Position numbers and translations under genes: made by a program. Below the pieces are notes generated by a model. It worked only from the letters and a program-made list of their open reading frames with translations, did not search any database and was not told the origin of the DNA. A stretch of 64,000 nucleotides of DNA from a virus: IMG/VR virus record IMGVR_UViG_3300047553_000365, positions 74,656 to 138,655 of that record. One strand, written 5' to 3'. The stretch's first letter is position 1. The number at the start of each line of letters is the position of its first letter. Shown one piece after another: positions 17,279-25,686 of the stretch.

Positions 17279-18125
17279 TTTTAAATATACTTTTGAGAAT
17301 TGGCATCCATCCACCCTTCTTTTTGAATACAGTTCGGGCAATCGCTTCTCTTGCTACAAGCATACCAAGAGAAATCGCATAGTCAACTACTTTTTTATTA
17401 CCCTTGAATTTCTTCTGAGTGGCAATAATTTTAGGAACATCATACTTACCTCTATAGACATAGCCTGTGGAAGTAAGGTCTGCATGAAAAAGTCCTGTGA
17501 CACCAAATCTATTTTTAATTACTGCAAATATTCTCTTATTAGGGTCTTCCTCATCATCTCTCAAAATCTCCATTTGAACATCTAGAAAGAATGATAACGA
17601 TGGACCACCCCTAATTTCACCCTTACCGTTTTCTTGTAGAATAAAGATAAGAATACATCCATTTTGTTTGACAGCAGCAATTAGTGTTCTAATACAGTAA
17701 TCGACTATTTTACTCTTAGTGATCTTCTTATCCTTACAGGTCAATGTTTGGAATGAGTCGATAACGATCAGGTCGTTTATATAGGTGAGTTGAGTCAATT
17801 CGTCAATGTCGGTAACATTACCAATGTTGACATTATTTGCACCTAGCCTCTTGCCTGTAATAGATAGCTGTGCCTTACTCTCTTCACCAGATGCGTATTT
17901 AACACGCTTACCTAGTCGAGTGAGTCTTTCGCATATATCTAGGCAAAACGAAGTTTTACCTGCGCCAGCATTGGCGTGTATAATACAAGTAGATCCGGGC
18001 AATAGACCACCACCAAAAATGGCATCCAAGTTACTATCCCCCGTGCTTATTCTGTTTGAAAGGTAATCAGGTGCATTTACACAGGATACCCTCTCAAACC
18101 CGTCATTTTGCAGATTCAAGTTCAT
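17271..18125 (-). CDS. radA: RadA/Sms-like recombination ATPase (ATPase core only)
   Basis: GAGKTS, YASGEES, IDSFQT and the RadA signature KNRFG; start set by the promoter. Confidence 0.8.
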   Translation of the reverse strand: MNLNLQNDGFERVSCVNAPDYLSNRISTGDSNLDAIFGGGLLPGSTCIIHANAGAGKTSFCLDICERLTRLGKRVKYASGEESKAQLSITGKRLGANNVNIGNVTDIDELTQLTYINDLIVIDSFQTLTCKDKKITKSKIVDYCIRTLIAAVKQNGCILIFILQENGKGEIRGGPSLSFFLDVQMEILRDDEEDPNKRIFAVIKNRFGVTGLFHADLTSTGYVYRGKYDVPKIIATQKKFKGNKKVVDYAISLGMLVAREAIARTVFKKKGGWMPILKSIFKNG

Positions 18126-18132
18126 CGCGCAT

Positions 18133-18153
18133 ATCATAGGTCGGTTTTAATTA
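18133..18153 (-). promoter_or_regulatory. early/middle promoter, near-leaderless
   Basis: TAATTAAAACCG-ACC-TATGAT-7 nt-ATG(18125). Confidence 0.8.
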
Positions 18154-18165
18154 ATAACTTACAAG

Positions 18166-18360
18166 TTACCCAACATTCGACATATACCAATATGATATCT
18201 CTGCGTGAAAATCCTTCTCTGATTTGACTGTATCCTCTTTAAGAAAAATGTAACTGAATGGATTCTCATTATCGTAATCCGTCCACACTTCAATTACATC
18301 AGGAGAAGTCATGAGAAAGGAATAAGTTCCTATTACGCCCTCGTATTTTACTTTTTCCAT
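18166..18360 (-). CDS. hypothetical protein
   Basis: Short ORF between larger genes. Confidence 0.55.
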   Translation of the reverse strand: MEKVKYEGVIGTYSFLMTSPDVIEVWTDYDNENPFSYIFLKEDTVKSEKDFHAEISYWYMSNVG

Positions 18361-18363
18361 ATA

Positions 18364-19434
18364 TTACCCTTTAATAGTATGACCCAAAGTTGCAACATTA
18401 GCAACACCATTATTAATCATTACTGGTTCGACACCGAAATATCCTTCTTTATCTACAGTAACAATACCAAAACCATTTTGCCAGTTAGGAGCAGATGCAT
18501 AGATAGGATCTAAATCACACAAACATCCTAATTCCCATGCATAAATTTGTTGGTCTTTTCTTGTTCCAATACCGGGAATTCTCTGTGCAGTCATACCAAG
18601 TCTATGAGTGTGTCCCATTAGAACAGAGTGGTAATACTTTTCTATCATCCCTCTAGCAGAATAGCCCCCGAACTTTCTAACAACATCACCGTGGAAAGCG
18701 GCTAAATCAGGGCAAATTTCGACATAATCGCAATGGTCGATTCGATCCTTGAATTCACCTAGGAAGATATTCTCATAACTAAGTGCTTCTTGAATCTCTG
18801 GCAATGAACCAAGCTCTCCAAGTCTTTCACTTAAGTATCTAAACCATCTACCATCAGTTCCATTACCAGAATGGTTAGCATGAGTTTCTACAATGTGTGC
18901 ATTACCTGCAACAGAAATTAGATCATTCAAGAACTTATGATAAGCGGCTCTTTCATCCAGTAGAGAATAATTGTGTCTAATATCTTTTGGATATCTTGAT
19001 ACTGCTAATAGATCAACGGTATCACCATTTAAAATAATTTGTCGGGGTTGCAATTCTGCAATAGTTTCCAACACAATATTGAGGGATCTTTCACAATGCT
19101 TAGGAAAGTGCATATCACCAATAACAACAACAGTATCACTTTGAGAAGTTTTTGTTGGGGTGAAGTTTGAACTTGAAACATTGATGGGCGCAAGTTGTTC
19201 TAAGAATTCCAGAACTTCTTCCTCTGTTTTTCCAAACTTAGTTGGTTTAACCCTTTGTAAGTTTTCATTAACAAAAGTGGAACCTGTTACTACATCACTA
19301 CTATCTCCTGATTGAAGATAAGTCTCTACCCAATCTCTTGCAGTAGATTTAGCAATGCCAAATTCTTCTTTAATTGCGCTATATGTGTAACCACGATTTA
19401 GCCTTGCATCTATTACTTGTTGTTTTATCGTCAT
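18364..19434 (-). CDS. HTH plus calcineurin-like metallophosphoesterase
   Basis: N-terminal YSAIKEEFGIAKSTARDW helix-turn-helix; GDMHFP, NGDTVD, HANH, FHGD, MGHTHR. Confidence 0.85.
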   Translation of the reverse strand: MTIKQQVIDARLNRGYTYSAIKEEFGIAKSTARDWVETYLQSGDSSDVVTGSTFVNENLQRVKPTKFGKTEEEVLEFLEQLAPINVSSSNFTPTKTSQSDTVVVIGDMHFPKHCERSLNIVLETIAELQPRQIILNGDTVDLLAVSRYPKDIRHNYSLLDERAAYHKFLNDLISVAGNAHIVETHANHSGNGTDGRWFRYLSERLGELGSLPEIQEALSYENIFLGEFKDRIDHCDYVEICPDLAAFHGDVVRKFGGYSARGMIEKYYHSVLMGHTHRLGMTAQRIPGIGTRKDQQIYAWELGCLCDLDPIYASAPNWQNGFGIVTVDKEGYFGVEPVMINNGVANVATLGHTIKG

Positions 19435-19437
19435 TTG

Positions 19438-19668
19438 TTATTGTTTGTTTTGTTTGTTTTTCAGATTTTGAAAAAATTGTAAAATATCTGCTTGTGATAC
19501 TGTCTGTTCTAAGTCTCTGACTTTTTCTTGGGCTTCTTCATAACTATTGAAGTTCCCAATAAATGTCAAGCGACCCGTATCTAGGTATTTTTGATATACA
19601 TCATAAGTATTGTCATCTGGTCTTGGTATAATCCTATTGATATGGGAATTTAATCGTCTTTGCTTCAC
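19438..19668 (-). CDS. hypothetical protein (GTG start)
   Basis: Preceded by a TAAATA-N5 late promoter. Confidence 0.6.
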   Translation of the reverse strand: MKQRRLNSHINRIIPRPDDNTYDVYQKYLDTGRLTFIGNFNSYEEAQEKVRDLEQTVSQADILQFFQNLKNKQNKQ

Positions 19669-19673
19669 CCTAT

Positions 19674-19679
19674 TATTTA
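19674..19679 (-). promoter_or_regulatory. late promoter
   Basis: TAAATA-5 nt-GTG(19668). Confidence 0.6.
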
Positions 19680-20660
19680 ACCATTTTTGCTAAATTTTGA
19701 GGCGTAAAAGGTGACGGTTCTGTGCATAGCCTCGTCATGTTCCATTAATTCAAACGAGCGTTTATAGTTAATAGAACTTATAGCATACCTAAAATCATGC
19801 CCCTGACGATCCTTTACAAACTTGATAATCGGGTCTATTTCTAAAATTTTACCAATATCGGCAATCATTTCTAAATTGGTCATTTCCTTACCAGATCCGA
19901 TATTATACACTCCTCCCGATTCCCCTATTTCTGCCAATTCTAAGATACTTTTATTATGGTCATCTACATAGATCCACTCTCTAATGTTTGTGCCATCTCC
20001 ATAAACAGGTATGGGTTTTCCATTTACTAAATTCTTAATTATGGTTGGAATTAACTTCTCATCAAACTGATTAGGCCCAAAATTATTACAACATCTAGTA
20101 GTAATAATATCTAATCCATAAGTATCCACATAAGATTTAGCAATTAAATCAGCGGCTGCTTTAGATGCAGAATAGGGACTTCTTGGATTGAGGTTAGTTT
20201 CCTCTGTGAATGGGTCAGAATTAAGCCCTAAATGCCCGTAGACCTCATCTGTTGATACATTTATAACTCTTGCCTGTGGTTGTTTTACACGCACCATTTC
20301 AAGCAATTTAGTAATACCCATTACATTGTTGTATACGAATGCTTCTGGACCAGAAATACTTCGGTCTACATGAGACTCGGCGGCAAAGTGAAAGACATAA
20401 TCAAACTTGTTCTTGTTTATAACACCGTTCCAGAAAAGATTACTGTCAGGATTTAGATCACAAAGACTAAAGGATATTTCCTCATAATCAATATGGTTAC
20501 ATGCCATAGTGGTTGACATTTTACGATGGCCAATCCCCCATTTATCGACATTTACTATACTTACGTTTTTATAATGTTTCTTTAAATATTCCAGAAAATT
20601 ACTTCCAATAAATCCGCAACCACCCGTCACAAGAATGTTTTTGTTATTTAAATCTACCAT
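19677..20660 (-). CDS. rmlB: dTDP-glucose 4,6-dehydratase
   Basis: VTGGCGFIG, HFAAESHVDRSI, STDEVYG, PYSASK, RCCNNFGP, REWIYV, DRQGHDFRY; start MVDLNN. Confidence 0.95.
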   Translation of the reverse strand: MVDLNNKNILVTGGCGFIGSNFLEYLKKHYKNVSIVNVDKWGIGHRKMSTTMACNHIDYEEISFSLCDLNPDSNLFWNGVINKNKFDYVFHFAAESHVDRSISGPEAFVYNNVMGITKLLEMVRVKQPQARVINVSTDEVYGHLGLNSDPFTEETNLNPRSPYSASKAAADLIAKSYVDTYGLDIITTRCCNNFGPNQFDEKLIPTIIKNLVNGKPIPVYGDGTNIREWIYVDDHNKSILELAEIGESGGVYNIGSGKEMTNLEMIADIGKILEIDPIIKFVKDRQGHDFRYAISSINYKRSFELMEHDEAMHRTVTFYASKFSKNG

Positions 20661-20756
20661 ATTAATTTTATTACTATTTATTGACATTGAGGGGTTTTTT
20701 GAATTTGGAATGCCCTTCAAATATATGTTTAACATTGATTTTCCATTTGTCAAGGC

Positions 20757-20762
20757 TAAATA
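20757..20762 (+). promoter_or_regulatory. late promoter
   Basis: TAAATA-5 nt-ATG(20768). Confidence 0.65.
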
Positions 20763-20767
20763 TTGAT

Positions 20768-21253
20768 ATGGACGAAGAACTTGATGACTTTGAGAACGAG
20801 ATTGATAAGGATGTGGATTCAATTATATCCCAACTCAAGGATCGTAACAAATCAATGAAAAAGGCTGCTAGAGAAATGACCACTCTAAACAAAGAGGATA
20901 TTGAAAAATTTATCATAGATAATGCGGCTGCTGTAGTTACGCATTCTTTAGAAATGATTGAAGATATGAAGGACATTACCATAGCAGGTGGAGAAAGTGA
21001 AGCTATTGAAGCGATGGCAGAATTAGTTAAAGCTACCACAGGTGCAATTGATTCATTGTCTAAGCTTAAACTAGCGGACGATAAAATCAAGGCCCAAAAA
21101 CAATTAAAAGAAATGGATATCAATTCCAAGAAAATTGGGGATAGTGGTGTGGGAGCAAGTGGTATATACATAAGCAGAGAAGAACTCATTAAGGAGTTGG
21201 TTAAGACTTCAAGCGATCCAGAGAAGATCGAAGAACCTACAATAGATGTTTAA
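20768..21253 (+). CDS. putative terminase small subunit (T4 gp16-like)
   Basis: Helical 161-aa protein; AIEAMAELVKATTGAIDSLSKL and C-terminal YISREELIKEL resemble gp16; has a late promoter. Confidence 0.5.
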   Translation: MDEELDDFENEIDKDVDSIISQLKDRNKSMKKAAREMTTLNKEDIEKFIIDNAAAVVTHSLEMIEDMKDITIAGGESEAIEAMAELVKATTGAIDSLSKLKLADDKIKAQKQLKEMDINSKKIGDSGVGASGIYISREELIKELVKTSSDPEKIEEPTIDV

Positions 21254-22155
21254 TTACCTAATTGTCCTTTATTAGTGTTAATGGTAAATTTCTCAACATT
21301 ATTACCAGTATCTACGATTATTACTGCTTTCCTCTTTTCATCGGAATCGTAAACATCACCCATAATGTCGATTTCCTCGATATGAGAACCAACTTGTTTT
21401 TCTAGAACTAGAGGTTCAGTAATAGATTCATTTGTATTACCGAACGGATTGTAGTTCTTTTTATCTGTATACATTCTATAGTCTTCATCCCCCAGATATT
21501 CATTAATCTGTGAAAAAACTTTTTTTGTTATATTTGTAAGATTATTATAAAAAGCTGAATCTTTTACAAGATATGTGCCATTAGAGGTATATACCCAACT
21601 TCCAGTCTTTTCTTTACCCATTCTGCTTCCATTATTTTTATTAATAATGGGCATTGTGTTATCATACATTGTTGAACTCTTCAACGATGATCTAAACACA
21701 TCTTCAACAACCTTATGAGCAGTTTGCAAATTTTTCTGAACGAAGTCTGGTAATTTATTATATGTGGTAACTGCACAACCCATAGGAATTGCATCCTTGG
21801 CATACAGACTAACATTGGATGGGGATCTTGTAAGATTGCCCATCACTCCCATAGAATCAGGAGACTCTTTAAAATACTTACTACTCGCAGTTTTGGAAAT
21901 TACAAGATCAGCAAATGGGCCTGATTTAAGCTGATTAACATAATACTGTATGGAGTAGGTATCTAGCTGACTTCCCTCATTCTCCAATTTAGCCAGAAAT
22001 TTATCTAGTTGGTCAATACCTAATTCGTAGATTTTCTTAAATTCAATAATAAACTCAATATCTTTATCACTAAAGATCTTGGGTAAATTCTTGATCGTTT
22101 CAAGAGTCTCCTTATCAAAACAAAGAGATCTTAATAGCTCTACTTTATTTTTCAT
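21250..22155 (-). CDS. hypothetical protein
   Basis: 301-aa ORF downstream of the lysozyme. Confidence 0.7.
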   Translation of the reverse strand: MKNKVELLRSLCFDKETLETIKNLPKIFSDKDIEFIIEFKKIYELGIDQLDKFLAKLENEGSQLDTYSIQYYVNQLKSGPFADLVISKTASSKYFKESPDSMGVMGNLTRSPSNVSLYAKDAIPMGCAVTTYNKLPDFVQKNLQTAHKVVEDVFRSSLKSSTMYDNTMPIINKNNGSRMGKEKTGSWVYTSNGTYLVKDSAFYNNLTNITKKVFSQINEYLGDEDYRMYTDKKNYNPFGNTNESITEPLVLEKQVGSHIEEIDIMGDVYDSDEKRKAVIIVDTGNNVEKFTINTNKGQLGN

Positions 22156-22160
22156 TGTGA

Positions 22161-23057
22161 TTAATTAGATGCAAACATTTTTGCTTCAAAATTTCGTCTC
22201 TTTACTAAACCGGGAGCATCTTTACCACTAGCCTTAGTATATTCAAGAAGCTTTTTAGCAATCTCTTCATTACTTCTCTTACCGTTTTGTGTTAATGGTC
22301 CCAAAGAACCAATATTGAATCGGAAACTAGTTAATGCATCAACCTGTTTATCATTCCAATCATATCCCCATGCAGCCTTTGCTTTAAGAACTGCTTCCTT
22401 ATGTTTGGCAAGATCTTCTCTTAGTCTCTTATCAGCTTCTTCTGGAGTAATGGTAGTTTCATTTGGTTTAGCTCTAGAACCATGACCAATTGACCATTGT
22501 TTATGATCCCAATGTTTGTTAGGCTTAAATCCTTCTTGTGTTTTAACAAAGTTTACCAAATCTTCTCCCACGCCAGTATTTTTAGAAAACATGGACTGTG
22601 GCTTTTTAGGGGTGGGTATTGTTAGCTTACCCTTAACCAATACAGGTTTAGATTTGTCGGTCTTTGGTTCTGGAGGAGAGGATTTAATATCTTTTCCCTT
22701 GGGTTGTGAAATATTTGTTCTCTGTCTAAGAGGAGATGGTTGAGACGGACCAATGTAATCCTTGGTGGCTGGTCCTGTTAGGACATCAATCCCATGTATG
22801 GTATCATCAATCTTAGGTTTGATCTTAGTGGAATAGTAGTTCTTAAGATCCTTAACAGTTTTATCGAAAGATGGAGATAGATCCTCTTTATCTGCTTGAT
22901 TCAACGCTGCCATCTTTTGTTCAATGGGTTCTGGTCTGCTATCTAAATACTTAACAGCCTTATATGTTCCCACAGACGATGCTGCCATGGCTGTAAGGGC
23001 TAATAGAATTTCCTTAACGCCTTCGTCAAATTGAAACTTTTCCTGATTATCGTTCAT
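22161..23057 (-). CDS. GH24 lysozyme with long N-terminal extension
   Basis: QEGF..WD..WSIGHG, DALTSFRFNIG, GLVKRR.FEAKMF. Confidence 0.85.
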   Translation of the reverse strand: MNDNQEKFQFDEGVKEILLALTAMAASSVGTYKAVKYLDSRPEPIEQKMAALNQADKEDLSPSFDKTVKDLKNYYSTKIKPKIDDTIHGIDVLTGPATKDYIGPSQPSPLRQRTNISQPKGKDIKSSPPEPKTDKSKPVLVKGKLTIPTPKKPQSMFSKNTGVGEDLVNFVKTQEGFKPNKHWDHKQWSIGHGSRAKPNETTITPEEADKRLREDLAKHKEAVLKAKAAWGYDWNDKQVDALTSFRFNIGSLGPLTQNGKRSNEEIAKKLLEYTKASGKDAPGLVKRRNFEAKMFASN

Positions 23058-23062
23058 ATTCT

Positions 23063-23068
23063 TATTTA
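23063..23068 (-). promoter_or_regulatory. late promoter
   Basis: TAAATA-5 nt-ATG(23057). Confidence 0.65.
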
Positions 23069-24406
23069 ATCAATTTCCTCGTTTATACTAGCTTTTGGTC
23101 CGATATAGGTCTTTGTGGCAAACACCTGATTAGTGTATAATCCGTCAAAAAACTGATGTTTTACCTGTGTCACAAACCACCTACCTAGTAACTTCTGGTC
23201 AGTTTTGGGTAGTTCGCCCTCTGGGGGTTTACTGGCAGATACTATATCAATGAAGCGTCCTGCCTTTCTAGACGCAGAACCAATATTACTGAAAGATAGC
23301 TGTAAATTGTAGAATGTTAAAGAATTATGTATTTCTGCTTCTATAATTTTAGCAGAATCTTCGGCCCTATAGGGATAAACATATTTTTTATATATCTTAT
23401 CCTTGGCCTTGTTTTTAACAGCAAATGGTTTGGGCTTTCCTCCCTTGGATCTGAAGGGTTCTACGAAAATCTTCTCCCACTTATCTCTAACCTCATCAAA
23501 GTTCAATCTAAACGCTTTTTGTTGACCCATAATAGGATCATAACCATAAACTATACTGTTAATAAAAAACTCTGTGGACCAGTTGTAGAGAGGAGTATTA
23601 TACACCAAATTCTTAATGGGTGAAATGTATAATCCAACAGAAACCTCTGGGTCAGATTGTGGATTGTTTTCATTATCAAATCCAATCTCCGACACCATAT
23701 CTCCAATTGGAAATGCTTCTAAACCTAAACTCTTATTATTCTTGAAAATATCAGATAGTAATGTTAAGGAGTATTTCTTGGTCTTATTATCTTTACTAAT
23801 AAATCCCTTAACATGTATGTCATCACTTTTAGCATAGAAGATCTTAATAAAGTAACGAAGAAGATCCATATAGCGGAATGTTGCAGGAGGATGATACTTT
23901 ATATAAAAATCACCCGATGCCCATTGTTCACCAATACTATCACTTCCTAACAGTTCTATAAAAATCTCTTTTATAAGATCCCCAACATAACCTTCATAAA
24001 CTTTACCATATGGAATTGAATCCATAAACTTTATGGCATCGATAGCCTCTATGGTAAATGTTTTAATGTCCATCGATCTACTTAATGGATCTACTGTGTC
24101 AATATTATCAATAAGTATAAACTCTTGTTCGAACTCTTCATCCTTCAATCCCTTTTGTTCTTTAGGTTTAAACTTGATGGAGAGAACATCTCTACCATCT
24201 CCTCTTAAAACATAATCCTGTTCAAACAATCCGAAAGGATTAACAATAGAAATTGTTCCTGACATAAATGGATCAAAGAAATCATCTACTAATTCCATTC
24301 CACGAATAGCAGCCTTTGTGAATATGATTTGTTGGTTATCAGGATTTGATAATTTGAACTCACATTCATATTCAATGTCATTAAGCTTGAATATATTAGT
24401 TGCCAT
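23066..24406 (-). CDS. baseplate hub protein (gp27-like)
   Basis: SGTISIVNP, C-terminal GRWFVTQVKHQF..YTN; position in the tail module. Confidence 0.65.
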   Translation of the reverse strand: MATNIFKLNDIEYECEFKLSNPDNQQIIFTKAAIRGMELVDDFFDPFMSGTISIVNPFGLFEQDYVLRGDGRDVLSIKFKPKEQKGLKDEEFEQEFILIDNIDTVDPLSRSMDIKTFTIEAIDAIKFMDSIPYGKVYEGYVGDLIKEIFIELLGSDSIGEQWASGDFYIKYHPPATFRYMDLLRYFIKIFYAKSDDIHVKGFISKDNKTKKYSLTLLSDIFKNNKSLGLEAFPIGDMVSEIGFDNENNPQSDPEVSVGLYISPIKNLVYNTPLYNWSTEFFINSIVYGYDPIMGQQKAFRLNFDEVRDKWEKIFVEPFRSKGGKPKPFAVKNKAKDKIYKKYVYPYRAEDSAKIIEAEIHNSLTFYNLQLSFSNIGSASRKAGRFIDIVSASKPPEGELPKTDQKLLGRWFVTQVKHQFFDGLYTNQVFATKTYIGPKASINEEID

Positions 24407-24408
24407 GA

Positions 24409-24804
24409 TTAGTAATGTCTTCCACCGAATACGGTTGAGTTAGTAATATCCTCATAGATCAATGATCTTATGGGATCTAGAATGTATTTAAGTTGAACCC
24501 CACCCTCTACATAGAATGGTGCGCCTTCAAACTTATCCTTATTAAGTAAGTATAATATCCACCAACTTTTAATATCTCCGTAAATATTATAAGAAGCTAT
24601 TGTCATTGCCATTCGTTTGTTGGGAGTATAGAAACCAATGTATTGATCGTCAATCTCAGGAAAGTCAATCTTCTTTAAGATGTTATAGGTGTAGAAGTTC
24701 TTATCATCTTTCGATTGTTGAAAGACTTTAAAAATGCGTTCATATTCTCTGATGCTTAATGCTGAGAGTGATGGTATATCGTTTCTGTAAGTTCCTGTGT
24801 CCAT
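24409..24804 (-). CDS. baseplate wedge protein (gp53-like)
   Basis: IASYNIYGDIKSWWILYLLN. Confidence 0.65.
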   Translation of the reverse strand: MDTGTYRNDIPSLSALSIREYERIFKVFQQSKDDKNFYTYNILKKIDFPEIDDQYIGFYTPNKRMAMTIASYNIYGDIKSWWILYLLNKDKFEGAPFYVEGGVQLKYILDPIRSLIYEDITNSTVFGGRHY

Positions 24805-25673
24805 TATACGTGATCCATAAATCCTGCGTGTTCGATTGTGAGAGATTGGAATGTCATGGAAACAAGATATGCTTCCGGTTCAATAACACCATTTATCTCT
24901 CTTCTTGTTCCAATAAAGTCAACAGCAAAATCACTACAATAGGCCCATCTGATAAATCTATGACCGGGAATTCTAATCTTATAGATTCTTGGCGGTTCTA
25001 CTGTTAAGCTATTCTTTCTTAAAGGTCTATTTATTCTTGTTAGCTTATCGATCAGCTCTCTGTTTTTCTGTAAGCTATCAGCGTTGATAGTATTTGATAA
25101 TACAAATGTCACTTCAATGGGACCATCTGTTTTATCGTATTGGTAATACATTGGAGTTTCAATGTATGTACCGGGACTCATGTTGGTAGCAAATTGATTA
25201 TTAAAAAAGTCTTTAACCCCTGCCCATCCACCTATAGCACCCGCATTTTCAGCGTTTTTCTTGAAGGTATCCATTCCTTTATCTGCACCAGTTATATTCT
25301 TAAGTTCTCCCAACCCACCGAAAAGTTGTTTGACCATTTCATTTACTTCACTACCTATACCACCTGAAGATGCACTACTTGGTCCTGCAAACGAATCACC
25401 GAAAGCGTTTGAGAATCCCCTAATACGATCACTAAACATCGGAAAATTAAAATCATCTTCCTCAGTTACAGACTCCGAATACATCCTATCATAAAACTCA
25501 TCAGCACTCTTATCTTGAGTATCGTATATATTCATATAACCCCTAAATGCCAACATGATTTGATTGGCATTTATCTTATATGATTTCACTATAGCCTTTG
25601 GTGCAGAATTTCTCAAACCAGATCCTCTTGGGGAACTGGTCCAATCATAATCTCTGACTACATCGTATCTCAT
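24804..25673 (-). CDS. baseplate/tail-tube cap protein (gp48/gp54-like)
   Basis: PPRIYKI, CSDFAVDF, VSMTFQSL; synteny. Confidence 0.55.
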   Translation of the reverse strand: MRYDVVRDYDWTSSPRGSGLRNSAPKAIVKSYKINANQIMLAFRGYMNIYDTQDKSADEFYDRMYSESVTEEDDFNFPMFSDRIRGFSNAFGDSFAGPSSASSGGIGSEVNEMVKQLFGGLGELKNITGADKGMDTFKKNAENAGAIGGWAGVKDFFNNQFATNMSPGTYIETPMYYQYDKTDGPIEVTFVLSNTINADSLQKNRELIDKLTRINRPLRKNSLTVEPPRIYKIRIPGHRFIRWAYCSDFAVDFIGTRREINGVIEPEAYLVSMTFQSLTIEHAGFMDHV

Positions 25674-25680
25674 ATTTTAT

Positions 25681-25686
25681 TATTTA
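25681..25686 (-). promoter_or_regulatory. late promoter
   Basis: TAAATA-7 nt-ATG(25673). Confidence 0.55.

Noticed and set aside
923-18066. Many plus-strand ORFs of 60-125 aa in the early region
   Set aside because: They are antisense shadows of well-supported minus-strand genes, with no motifs or promoters.
1796-18153. TAATTAAAACCG copies as CRISPR repeats, att sites or REP elements
   Set aside because: They are dispersed kilobases apart, all on one strand, and at a fixed distance from -10 hexamers and start codons, which fits promoters.
20661-20822. 54-aa N-terminal extension of RmlB in the ORF track
   Set aside because: It overlaps the divergent gene and its promoter; the Rossmann motif begins right after MVDLNNK at 20660.
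20674-21189. 171-aa Ser-rich minus-strand ORF
   Set aside because: It is antisense to the plus-strand gene that has its own late promoter.
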